Shown here in pieces: positions 6,270 through 13,965 of a stretch of 62,953 bases of DNA (the stretch's first letter is position 1; every line of letters starts with the position of its first letter). Under the pieces are notes generated by a model. That model ran no database searches. It had not been told where the DNA came from and worked only from the letters and a program-made list of their open reading frames with translations. The position numbers and the translations under genes are program-made. The DNA comes from an uncultured Gammaproteobacteria bacterium (GTDB lineage: Bacteria > Patescibacteriota > Patescibacteriia > UBA9934), in NCBI GenBank assembly GCA_964462325.1, contig CAYWYQ010000001.1, forward strand, positions 1-62,953, given 5' to 3'.

Positions 6270-7274
6270 ATGAAATTACTTGTGACAGGTGGGGCGGGAT
6301 TTATTGGGTCGAATTTCATTCATTATTGGATGGAAAAATACCCGGAAGACGAGATTGTGAATCTTGATGCTTTAACCTATGCGGGGAATTTAGAAAATCT
6401 GCAAACGGTTGAAAATCTATCAAACTATACCTTTGTAAAAGGAGATATTACGAACAAGGAATTGGTACAAAAATTGGTAAAAGATGTCGACATCATCGTG
6501 CATTATGCAGCGGAAAGTCATGTGGATCGCTCTATATTAGACCCAACGGCATTCATAAAAACGAATGTCCTTGGCACACAAGTATTGCTAGATGCAGCTC
6601 GGAAGCACAATACGCGATTCCACCATGTTTCAACAGATGAAGTCTATGGAACACTCGCGCCAGATGAATCTGCATTCACTGAAAACTCTCCGTATAAACC
6701 ACGTAGTCCCTATGCGGCAAGTAAGGCAGCGAGTGACCATTTAGTACGCGCCTACCATACGACGTATGGTTTACCGGTCACCATTTCGAATTGTTCAAAT
6801 AATTACGGGCCGTATCATTTTCCAGAGAAATTGATCCCATTATTTATTACGAATTTAATGGAAGGGAAGAAGGTGCCTGTGTACGGTGATGGAGGGCAGA
6901 TTCGTGACTGGATTCATACGATTGATCATGCGCGCGGCGTAGATGCGATCATAAAGAATGGGAAGATCGGTGCAACCTATTTACTTGGTGGAGATAATCA
7001 ACCTACGAATTTAGAAATCACAAAGATTCTACTTAATCTTCTCAATAAAGCGGAAGATTCCATTGAATTTGTAGAAGATCGTGCAGGACATGATAGGAGA
7101 TATGACATTGATTTTTCAAAAACAGAACAAGAGCTAGGGTGGAAACCACAAATCAATTTAGAGGATGGGTTGAAGGATACCGTTGAATGGTATAAAAAGA
7201 ACCAAGATTGGTGGCGCAGATGTAAATCAGGGGAGTATCAGAACTATTACAATAATCAGTACAAAAACCGATGA
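6270..7274 (+). CDS. rfbB: dTDP-glucose 4,6-dehydratase
   Basis: MKLLVTGGAGFIGSNF, YAAESHVDRS and YAASKAASDHLV (YxxxK) motifs; 334 aa. Confidence 0.9.
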   Translation: MKLLVTGGAGFIGSNFIHYWMEKYPEDEIVNLDALTYAGNLENLQTVENLSNYTFVKGDITNKELVQKLVKDVDIIVHYAAESHVDRSILDPTAFIKTNVLGTQVLLDAARKHNTRFHHVSTDEVYGTLAPDESAFTENSPYKPRSPYAASKAASDHLVRAYHTTYGLPVTISNCSNNYGPYHFPEKLIPLFITNLMEGKKVPVYGDGGQIRDWIHTIDHARGVDAIIKNGKIGATYLLGGDNQPTNLEITKILLNLLNKAEDSIEFVEDRAGHDRRYDIDFSKTEQELGWKPQINLEDGLKDTVEWYKKNQDWWRRCKSGEYQNYYNNQYKNR

Positions 7275-7275
7275 T

Positions 7276-8364
7276 ATGAAAGCAGTAGTAACCGCTGGAG
7301 GGAAGGGTTCTCGATTGAGGCCTGTGACATGGACAATGAATAAACATGCGATTCCGCTTGCAAATGAGCCGATGATTTTTAATGCATTTAAAAAAATTGC
7401 CGCAACAGGTATTACAGAAGTGGGCGTGATTATTAATGAAGGCGATACCATATTTCAGGAATTATGTGGGGATGGTTCACGATGGGGGATTCGGCTTACA
7501 TTTATCGAACAGATCGGTGGTGCACTTGGACTTGCAAATACCCTTTGGCAGGCAAAAGATTTTGTCGGGGACGATGATGTGCTTCTTTATTTAGGGGATA
7601 ATATCATTCTCGGGTCGCTCACTCCGCTTGTTGAAAAATTTCAGAATGAAGCATTACATTGTTGCCTTGCGCTGACCAAAATGCAAGATCCGCGTCGATT
7701 TGGGGTACCTGAAATTGATGAGAATGGACATATTATTGGTGTTGAGGAGAAGCCGGAACATCCAAAAAGTCCTTATGCAGTAACAGGGTTATATATTTAT
7801 AAAGGGAAGGATTACTTTGAAGCCTATTCACATATCGAACCTTCGGATCGGAATGAATATGAAATTTCTGATATACATGATTGGCTGGTCAGAAATGGGC
7901 GCAATGTTGGGTATGAAGAAATGACGGGTTGGTGGAAAGATACGGGAAAGCCCGATGATTTGCTTGAAGGGAATCAATTACTCCTTAATGAAATGATTTC
8001 AGAGGAGGCGGTGATTCATCCAAAAGCAAATGTACATCCTGATGCGCGTATACAGGGTCGCGTGAAGATTGGAGAAGGGGCAGATATTGCAGGCGATGTT
8101 TTATTGCGGGGACCTGTTGTGATTGGTGACGGTGCAAAACTGAAGAATTGTTCTATTGGACCGCATACGACCATCGGTAATAATACACAGATTTCAAATT
8201 GTGAAATTCAACATTCTATTGTGATGAATGCGGCGAAGATTGATACCTATGAGCGCATTTCTGACAGCATTATTGGGCATAATGCGACGATCGCGAGAAT
8301 GACAGATTCAAAGCCAGGGGGGTATAAGATGGTTATAGGAGAAAACACCTACCTCGAACTTTAA
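7276..8364 (+). CDS. sugar-1-phosphate nucleotidyltransferase (RmlA-like, long form with a C-terminal left-handed beta-helix)
   Basis: MKAVVTAGGKGSRLRP N-terminus and hexapeptide repeats in the C-terminal third. ATG 7276 lies 1 nt after the rfbB stop. Confidence 0.8.
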   Translation: MKAVVTAGGKGSRLRPVTWTMNKHAIPLANEPMIFNAFKKIAATGITEVGVIINEGDTIFQELCGDGSRWGIRLTFIEQIGGALGLANTLWQAKDFVGDDDVLLYLGDNIILGSLTPLVEKFQNEALHCCLALTKMQDPRRFGVPEIDENGHIIGVEEKPEHPKSPYAVTGLYIYKGKDYFEAYSHIEPSDRNEYEISDIHDWLVRNGRNVGYEEMTGWWKDTGKPDDLLEGNQLLLNEMISEEAVIHPKANVHPDARIQGRVKIGEGADIAGDVLLRGPVVIGDGAKLKNCSIGPHTTIGNNTQISNCEIQHSIVMNAAKIDTYERISDSIIGHNATIARMTDSKPGGYKMVIGENTYLEL

Positions 8365-8366
8365 GC

Positions 8367-8490
8367 TTCCGCTTGAAAATGGACGAACTTTGTATTCAGT
8401 TCTCCGTTCCGCGACTCATGTACGTTTCAGTACACTCGTCTTTGGTACTCGAACTTCAAACAAATTTCATTCCATTTTCTGCGCGGACGG
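8367..8490 (+). repeat. LH element, full-length reference copy (124 nt)
   Basis: 5' TTCCGCTTGAAAATGGA ... apex GTACGTTTCAGTAC (8420-8433) ... TCCATTTTCTGCGCGGACGG 3'. The arms are partly complementary. Confidence 0.75.
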
Positions 8491-8622
8491 GGTTAGAGAG
8501 AACAGACATATCCAGAGTTTTCTTGACGTATTTTTCTGTATGTGAATCTGGTTTATGCACAGGTTCTTTAAGAAAATGAACGTTTATGCTAACATTTTGA
8601 CGTAATCAGTAAACAAAAAAAT

Positions 8623-8907
8623 ATGGAAAAGCGACTAACAAAGTCACAGCTTATGTCAGCACTCGCTGAAACTTGGGGCCTTTCAAAGAAGGAAGCAGAA
8701 GAAGGGTACAATGCATTCGTTGAACTTCTTTACAAGGAGATCGGGCGTGCAGGAGAAGTAATGCTACCAGGACTTGGAAAGTTTGCGAAGAAGCACCGAA
8801 ATGCACGAATGGGTCGTAACCCAGCAACAGGTGAAGCAATTCAAATTCCAGCAAAAACAGTGATGAAGTTTTCTGTAAATAAAGCTGCAAAAGACGCACT
8901 TCTATAA
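8623..8907 (+). CDS. hup: HU-family DNA-binding protein
   Basis: 94 aa with LPGLGKF...RMGRNPATGEAIQIPAKTV, the typical HU/IHF beta-arm. Confidence 0.85.
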   Translation: MEKRLTKSQLMSALAETWGLSKKEAEEGYNAFVELLYKEIGRAGEVMLPGLGKFAKKHRNARMGRNPATGEAIQIPAKTVMKFSVNKAAKDALL

Positions 8908-8955
8908 GAATAGGGGTAAAAAAGAGAGTCATAACCTGTGGCTCTTTTTTATTTC

Positions 8956-9005
8956 TTCCGCTTGTTTATCTAGCTTTTAGCTGATTAGCGACTTAGCTAT
9001 TAGCA
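8956..9005 (+). repeat. LH 5' terminus followed by a TAGC-phased array
   Basis: TTCCGCTTGTTTATC, then TAGCTTTTAGCTGATTAGCGACTTAGCTATTAGCAC. Confidence 0.55.
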
Positions 9006-9093
9006 CGATGCTTATCGAAAGGTCAGTACCTCAAACGATCCACCGTCGCTTTACTTCCTAAAGCTATGGCTGGAGTATGCGAGGTCGGACCTT
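9003..9093. repeat. ATCGAAAGGTC / GAGGTCGGACCT hairpin-motif copies
   Basis: GATGCTTATCGAAAGGTCAGTACCTCAAACGATCC ... GCGAGGTCGGACCTT, related to 17012-17061 and 40909-40958. Confidence 0.5.
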
Positions 9094-9111
9094 AATAGGG
9101 TAGGTAGGGAG

Positions 9112-9191
9112 TAGTCGAATAGCAAGCTAGCTATTAGCATGTTAGCGATTTAGCCAATTAGCTACTAGCTTTTAGCGACTTAGCGTTTAGC
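9112..9191. repeat. TAGC-phased short tandem array (~10 units of 7-8 nt)
   Basis: TAGTCGAATAGCAAGCTAGCTATTAGCATGTTAGCGATTTAGCCAATTAGCTACTAGCTTTTAGCGACTTAGCGTTTAGC. Confidence 0.7.
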
Positions 9192-9195
9192 ATCT

Positions 9196-9232
9196 CGTCA
9201 TTTCGACCGAGCAAAGCGAGTGGAGAAATCTC
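9196..9232 (+). repeat. GTCATTTCGACCGAGC-type short repeat
   Basis: CGTCATTTCGACCGAGCAAAGCGAGTGGAGAAATCTC, an inverted counterpart of 1515-1551. Confidence 0.6.
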
Positions 9233-9254
9233 TTACAGTTTTGCGCCACAAGAA

Positions 9255-9281
9255 GATCCCAGATCAGGGTCTGGGATGACG
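9255..9281 (-). repeat. GTCATCCCAGA hairpin repeat
   Basis: GATCCCAGATCAGGGTCTGGGATGACG (stem CCCAGA/TCTGGG). Related copies lie at 11532-11556 and 41028-41053. Confidence 0.55.
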
Positions 9282-9354
9282 AAAGGTGAATCTCTTCAAG
9301 CACATGAATCTCCTTTTGTGGTTGAGGGTAGATAGTAGGGTGTAGTCGTAAGGT

Positions 9355-9371
9355 CCGAGGTTGAACCTCGG
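9355..9371. repeat. GAGGTT(C/G)AACCTC palindrome
   Basis: CCGAGGTTGAACCTCGG is a perfect 17-nt palindrome. Confidence 0.8.
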
Positions 9372-9425
9372 TTGATGAATACGCTCTTTCTTGATAGAAG
9401 CTTCAGAATTCGATAAGATCGAAAT

Positions 9426-10619
9426 ATGAGCGAGAAGGTAAAAATATTTTTCCGATTTGGTGCCCTCATGCTAGGCATCGTTTTTGTATTATCTGGAATT
9501 TCATGGAGAATATTTGTGGCCTATGCAAGTTTGGAAGATGTTATTCAGGTGGACCTTGTCGTAGAGGAATTACGTGAACGACGAGAAAAATTTACAGAAC
9601 TTGAAGAAGATATTGTTGACTTTGGTGCCGAGGACGAAATCAATATTCTTCTTTTAGGACTTGATGGAAGGAAGGGGTGGGACAATCCACACTGTGATGC
9701 TATTCATATGTTTACATTGAATCTGACGGACTGGACAATTCAAATAACCTCCGTGCCGCGGGGTACGTATGCGTACATTCCTGGACAGCATCTTGCAACC
9801 GATTACTATATTGCGAACGCCTGTTCATTTGAAGGGCTGGAATATGGAATAGAACAAATAGAAAAAGTCATTGGCGTCAAGACAGATTACTATGTCACCG
9901 TTGGATTTTCACAAGTATATGGAATATTACGTACATTTGATTTACCGACAACGGAATCACTGCAATTTTTACGCCACAGACAAAGTTATCAGATTGGTGA
10001 TCCGCAACGGAGCCATAATCAAGCCGTATTTATAAAAGACATAGCGTTGTCTCAAATGGGTCGTTTTAGAAGCGATTTGTTTAAACCGGCATTCTTCCTT
10101 CTCTTCAATATGATTGATACGGATATGGATTATACACTTGCGCGATCCCTGTTCTTTGGGTATCTGGATCATGACATTGATTCGAGGCCGGATGATATTA
10201 TTTTGCGCATGAGACCTCATTATGATACCGAAGATATTCATTTAGATTTTGATAATGTCGAAGAACAGATTGATACATTATTGACGCGTATTCGTGGCCG
10301 TGTTTCTGATGAAGACCTTTCCGATAGGCCACTTGAGGACTATCAAAAGGAACTTATACAATATTTAGAGGATCATTTGGAATATGGAGAGGATTTTGAC
10401 CTTGTGATTGATAAACGCCTATGGCTGCAAATAGAGGATGATGCAAAGCGTGAAGAATATCATTTTGCCTATTTAGAGCAACGTGTACGGCGGATGCAAG
10501 AGGATCAAATTGATGAAGCGATCGATCTCATAACGACATATATTATCGAAAAGGAAACCTTGGGAATATTTGAATCAGTTGAATGGGCTGAAGAGCTATT
10601 AAGAAGCGTGATAGAATAA
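9426..10619 (+). CDS. LytR-CpsA-Psr (LCP) family protein with an acidic C-terminal extension
   Basis: N-terminal TM segment, then INILLLGLDGR...DAIHMFTLN...ITSVPRGTY, which resembles the LCP core. Confidence 0.55.
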   Translation: MSEKVKIFFRFGALMLGIVFVLSGISWRIFVAYASLEDVIQVDLVVEELRERREKFTELEEDIVDFGAEDEINILLLGLDGRKGWDNPHCDAIHMFTLNLTDWTIQITSVPRGTYAYIPGQHLATDYYIANACSFEGLEYGIEQIEKVIGVKTDYYVTVGFSQVYGILRTFDLPTTESLQFLRHRQSYQIGDPQRSHNQAVFIKDIALSQMGRFRSDLFKPAFFLLFNMIDTDMDYTLARSLFFGYLDHDIDSRPDDIILRMRPHYDTEDIHLDFDNVEEQIDTLLTRIRGRVSDEDLSDRPLEDYQKELIQYLEDHLEYGEDFDLVIDKRLWLQIEDDAKREEYHFAYLEQRVRRMQEDQIDEAIDLITTYIIEKETLGIFESVEWAEELLRSVIE

Positions 10620-10625
10620 AGCTGT

Positions 10626-11462
10626 ATGAATATTACAAAGGCAGATGGGGTTATTGAACCATTTGATGAGGAAAAGGTAATACGAAGCATTGTGCGTACA
10701 GGGGCGAGTCATGAAACAGCAAAGCAAGTTTTGCTGAAAGTGAAGCCACAGATAACGGAAGGAATGACAACGGCGAAACTTTATCACTTGGTTCGAACAG
10801 CTCTGGAAGAAAAAAGTATTTGTTACTCATGCAGGTATAATTTGCGTGAGGCGATCTTTAATATGGGTCCAGCTGGGTTTAATTTTGAATATTACATTGC
10901 AGCCGTTTTGAGGGCATATGGCCATGATGCGAGTGTACCTCGGGAAGAAATTCAAGGATCTTGTGTTTCTCATGAAGTAGATATTGTGTCAGAAAAGGAT
11001 GGTCGAACGATTTTTATTGAAGCGAAATTTCGTAATGAGAGAACACGTTCTGTGAATCTAAAAGACACAATGGCAACGTGGTCAAGGTATGTGGATTTGG
11101 TTGATGGTGGAGCAACGGGAAAGGGAATACATTTTGATGAGGTGTGGATTGTGACAAATGCTCGTTTTTCAGATCGAGCAAAGCAATTCGGTACATGTAA
11201 GGGCATGCGACTTATCGGGTGGAGTTTCCCAAAAGATCAATCATTTGAAAAGTTAGTAGATAAGGTACATTTATACCCCATTACGGCAATTACAGATGTA
11301 CAGAAGGGGGAATTGAGGCAATTTGCTGAGTCTGGGTTATTACTCTGTAAAGATATAGAGAAACTTGAACCAGAAGAGTTAGCGAGGCGGGTAGATGCTT
11401 CTGTTCAACGTTCTGAAGAAGTAATAGGACTTTGTTCCCGAGTCGTGCATGGTGATAAATGA
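10626..11462 (+). CDS. ATP-cone domain fused to a PD-(D/E)xK (Mrr-like) restriction endonuclease domain
   Basis: The N-terminal ITKADGVIEPFDEEKVIRSI... is ATP-cone-like. The centre has HEVDIV...IFIEAKF (D...E-x-K nuclease motif). Confidence 0.6.
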   Translation: MNITKADGVIEPFDEEKVIRSIVRTGASHETAKQVLLKVKPQITEGMTTAKLYHLVRTALEEKSICYSCRYNLREAIFNMGPAGFNFEYYIAAVLRAYGHDASVPREEIQGSCVSHEVDIVSEKDGRTIFIEAKFRNERTRSVNLKDTMATWSRYVDLVDGGATGKGIHFDEVWIVTNARFSDRAKQFGTCKGMRLIGWSFPKDQSFEKLVDKVHLYPITAITDVQKGELRQFAESGLLLCKDIEKLEPEELARRVDASVQRSEEVIGLCSRVVHGDK

Positions 11463-11531
11463 AACTTCACAGCCTAATGGTTGTAGCTTCTGTATATTTC
11501 AAGCGTTGCTTGCTCACTTTGTCATATTCTT

Positions 11532-11624
11532 GTCATCCCAGACCTGATCTTCGATCTTTACCTTGTTTGTACATAGTATATGCCACCGGAGTTTATCCTG
11601 AACGTGATTCAGAATGGGAATGAC
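11532..11624. repeat. two GTCAT-type hairpin repeats
   Basis: GTCATCCCAGACCTGATCTTCGATC (11532-11556) and, inverted, TATCCTGAACGTGATTCAGAATGGGAATGAC (11594-11624). Confidence 0.5.
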
Positions 11625-11677
11625 AGTGTTCTACAGCGGAAACTCATGGCCTTACGGTCTTGTTTTTGTTTGGAAAA

Positions 11678-11705
11678 TAAAAACAGACCCTTGCGGATCT
11701 GTTTT
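11678..11705 (-). terminator. hairpin terminator at the rpmB 3' end (A/T-flanked, potentially bidirectional)
   Basis: AAAAACAGA-CCCTTGCGGA-TCTGTTTTT. Confidence 0.6.
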
Positions 11706-11929
11706 TATTTATAATCACGTAAGTCAACCTTTTTACCTTCTGCAATCCACTTTTGGATTGTTCGCAATCCACGTGTAGAAATGGTAATCGTTTCCATTTT
11801 TCCTGTCGCGGGGTTCAACATTCGTTTCTTTTGCAAGTTCGGATGTTGTCGGCGCTTCGTTTTGACTTGTGAATGGCTAACATTATTTCCTGTAAGGGAA
11901 GTTTTGCCGGTAACTTTACATTCCTTCAT
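11705..11929 (-). CDS. rpmB: 50S ribosomal protein L28
   Basis: CKVTGKTSLTGNNVSHSQVKTKRRQHPNLQKKR matches the L28 signature. Confidence 0.85.
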   Translation of the reverse strand: MKECKVTGKTSLTGNNVSHSQVKTKRRQHPNLQKKRMLNPATGKMETITISTRGLRTIQKWIAEGKKVDLRDYK

Positions 11930-12086
11930 AAAACTAATTATTTTTCAGATGTGTAGTGACGGGGCTTGTCATGTGAATTGTCCCGTGCCTAACATCTGAA
12001 AAACGATACACGTTTACATGTGATGTTAGATCTGGCAGCACTATACACATTTTTACCTTTTTTGGCAAGCCTCGTGCATGGTGGCG

Positions 12087-12095
12087 TGGTATAAT
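12087..12095 (+). promoter_or_regulatory. extended -10 promoter element TGGTATAAT
   Basis: Perfect TGnTATAAT 14 nt upstream of ATG 12110. Confidence 0.5.
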
Positions 12096-12109
12096 ATCGA
12101 CATAAATAT

Positions 12110-13465
12110 ATGAAGGGGGCTGGAGGTAAACAAAAGGCACATATCGTTGCTGTGAATATGGGATACGGTCATGAAAGGCCGGCGCATGTAATGCGACAAC
12201 TTTTTGGTTATAAAAATACGGTCACAATTGCAAATAATTATGAGGGTATTCCAGAACGTGATAAGCGTTTATGGGAAGATGGTCGTAAAGCATATGAAAG
12301 GGTATCTCGGTTTAAAAAGGTGCCTATTTTCGGAAGGGCGGTATTTGGTTTGATGAATGAATTGCAAAGAATCCCACCCTTTTATCCAAGGCGTGATTTG
12401 TCATCACCTAGTTTACAAGTGCGGCAATTTTACTGGTTGATTAGACAGAGAGGAATGATGCGACACCTGATTGAAAAATTGTCTGAAAATCCATTACCTC
12501 TTATTTGTACATTTATGTCTCCAGCTTTCGCGGCTGAAGAATTTGGATATCAGGGTGAAATTTTTGTGCTTTGCACCGACTCTGATATTAGCAGGGCGTG
12601 GGTGCCACTTGACCCAAAACGCACTCGAATCCGGTACTTCGCTCCTACAGGGCGTGTTGCGGAACGTCTGAAGTTGTATGGTGTGCCAGAAAAAAATATT
12701 GAGTTAACCGGATTTCCGCTCCCAGCAAAAAATATTGGAGGTCCTTCTTCGAAAGCGGTGTTAACAGACTTGAAGCGTAGGATTTGTAATTTGGATCCAA
12801 ATGGGTATTTTGTACAGCATACGGGCGTCGCGCTGACAGCCTATCTTGGAGCTCAATACTGTTCGGCGATCAAAAAGAAAAAAGTAAAACCGATTGAATT
12901 AGCATATGCCGTCGGCGGTGCAGGGGCGCAAAAGGAAATTGGAGCTACAATTTTGAAAAGTCTCCACCGCGAAATCAAACAGGGAAAAATATCCTTACAT
13001 CTTATTGCTGGTACACGCAAAGAAGTAAATACGTATTATATTGATGCAATAAAATCCCATAGGTTGTCGAAATATATCGGGAAGGGTATTTCAGTTGTCT
13101 ATAAAAAATCACGGCAGGAGTATTTTGATACGTTTTCAGATCTTATGAGAAAAATAGATATACTCTGGACAAAGCCTAGTGAACTTTCCTTCTATGCTGG
13201 GCTCGGTATACCCATTATTATGGCACCAACAGTGGGGTCACAAGAGGATTTTAATAAGCAGTGGCTCTTTCAAACAGGTGCCGGGTTTGAACAGATGAAC
13301 CCAAAATACACAAATGAATGGTTATTTGATTGGATTGAGTCTGGTGCGCTCGCTCGAATGGCTTGGAATGGATACATAGAGGCGCCAACCCATGGCGTTC
13401 ATAGAATTCACGACATTATTGCAGGGAGGGGGAATACGATACATACACTCCCACTCATCGTTTAG
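12110..13465 (+). CDS. putative GT-B glycosyltransferase (MurG/MGDG-synthase-like)
   Basis: N-terminal VNMGYGHERPA and C-terminal ILWTKPSELSFYAGLGIPIIMAPTVGSQEDFN resemble the GT28-type fold. Weak assignment. Confidence 0.45.
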   Translation: MKGAGGKQKAHIVAVNMGYGHERPAHVMRQLFGYKNTVTIANNYEGIPERDKRLWEDGRKAYERVSRFKKVPIFGRAVFGLMNELQRIPPFYPRRDLSSPSLQVRQFYWLIRQRGMMRHLIEKLSENPLPLICTFMSPAFAAEEFGYQGEIFVLCTDSDISRAWVPLDPKRTRIRYFAPTGRVAERLKLYGVPEKNIELTGFPLPAKNIGGPSSKAVLTDLKRRICNLDPNGYFVQHTGVALTAYLGAQYCSAIKKKKVKPIELAYAVGGAGAQKEIGATILKSLHREIKQGKISLHLIAGTRKEVNTYYIDAIKSHRLSKYIGKGISVVYKKSRQEYFDTFSDLMRKIDILWTKPSELSFYAGLGIPIIMAPTVGSQEDFNKQWLFQTGAGFEQMNPKYTNEWLFDWIESGALARMAWNGYIEAPTHGVHRIHDIIAGRGNTIHTLPLIV

Positions 13466-13468
13466 GGG

Positions 13469-13593
13469 TTCCGCTTGTCTATGAGCGATCTATCGGCTTA
13501 TAATTTCGATTTTGTCCTCACTGTACGTTTCAGTACAGCTGTGGAAAATCTCAATTCTTCACCAATATCTCATCTCATATCCTGCGCGGACGG
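13469..13593 (+). repeat. LH element, full copy
   Basis: TTCCGCTTG ... apex GTACGTTTCAGTAC (13523-13536) ... CCTGCGCGGACGG. Confidence 0.7.
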
Positions 13594-13632
13594 GGTTCAA
13601 GGCAAATTACATCCACTCTATTTCACTGACAA
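13594..13632 (+). repeat. LH half-element (3' arm only)
   Basis: GGTTCAAGGCAAATTACATCCACTCTATTTCACTGACA aligns with the 3' arm of 40783-40909. Confidence 0.5.
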
Positions 13633-13635
13633 AAG

Positions 13636-13759
13636 TTCCGCTTGTCTATTGGCGCTCTGTAGGATCAAGATTGCGAACCTGTCCTCATCGTACGTATTAG
13701 TACGCCTGCGGAAGGTTCTTATCTTTCGCCTAAATAGCATCCAATATCCTTCACGGACA
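13636..13759 (+). repeat. LH element, full copy
   Basis: TTCCGCTTG ... apex GTACGTATTAGTAC (13690-13703) ... TTCACGGACA. Confidence 0.7.
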
Positions 13760-13763
13760 AAAG

Positions 13764-13886
13764 TTCCGCTTGATAATTAAGGAACTTTACATTCACTTTT
13801 TCGGCCCTCGATACCGTACCTTTTAGTACGACTTACTTCGGTCTTCAATGTTCAAGTAAATTTCATTTAACTATCTACGCGGACGG
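13764..13886 (+). repeat. LH element, full copy
   Basis: TTCCGCTTG ... apex CGTACCTTTTAGTACG (13815-13830) ... CTACGCGGACGG. Confidence 0.7.
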
Positions 13887-13930
13887 ACTCGTTACGTAGC
13901 GAAAGGCCATTAACTCTTATTGGTCAGGTA

Positions 13931-13959
13931 TTGACAAGACTTACAATACAGTGTAGTAT
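13931..13959 (+). promoter_or_regulatory. strong sigma70-type promoter with no ORF downstream
   Basis: TTGACA (13931-13936), 17 nt, TAGTAT (13954-13959). Confidence 0.55.
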
Positions 13960-13965
13960 TCATCT

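Noticed and set aside
6270-7274. Alternative genetic code (UGA as a sense codon, as in some reduced-genome lineages).
   Set aside because: Conserved genes end at TGA at the expected protein length, for example rfbB at 7272-7274, the PBP at 30591-30593 and alaS at 50432-50434. Conserved ORFs are not broken by in-frame TGA. The standard code 11 fits.
7183-7275. Upstream N-terminal extensions suggested by the ORF track: 7183 for the nucleotidyltransferase, 1020 for rpmG, 2320 for DUF1653, 19789, 20771, 22682, 34623, 42847, 45182, 54411, 56364 and 58580.
   Set aside because: These extensions overlap the preceding conserved gene or add non-conserved residues. In each case an internal ATG aligns with the conserved N-terminus of the family and sits at or just after the upstream stop.
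8373-8579. ORFs of 60-104 aa that span the repeat clusters: 1309..1533, 8373..8579, 13475..13780, 13512..13700, 17065..17379, 27201..27437, 38138..38323, 40773..40973, 40807..40989 and 48512..48721.
   Set aside because: They are translations of dispersed repeats, giving peptides such as EVQPP, RGSTSRLNLG and FSARTG. They lack SD sequences, and their similarity to one another tracks the nucleotide repeats in different frames. They are not credible genes.
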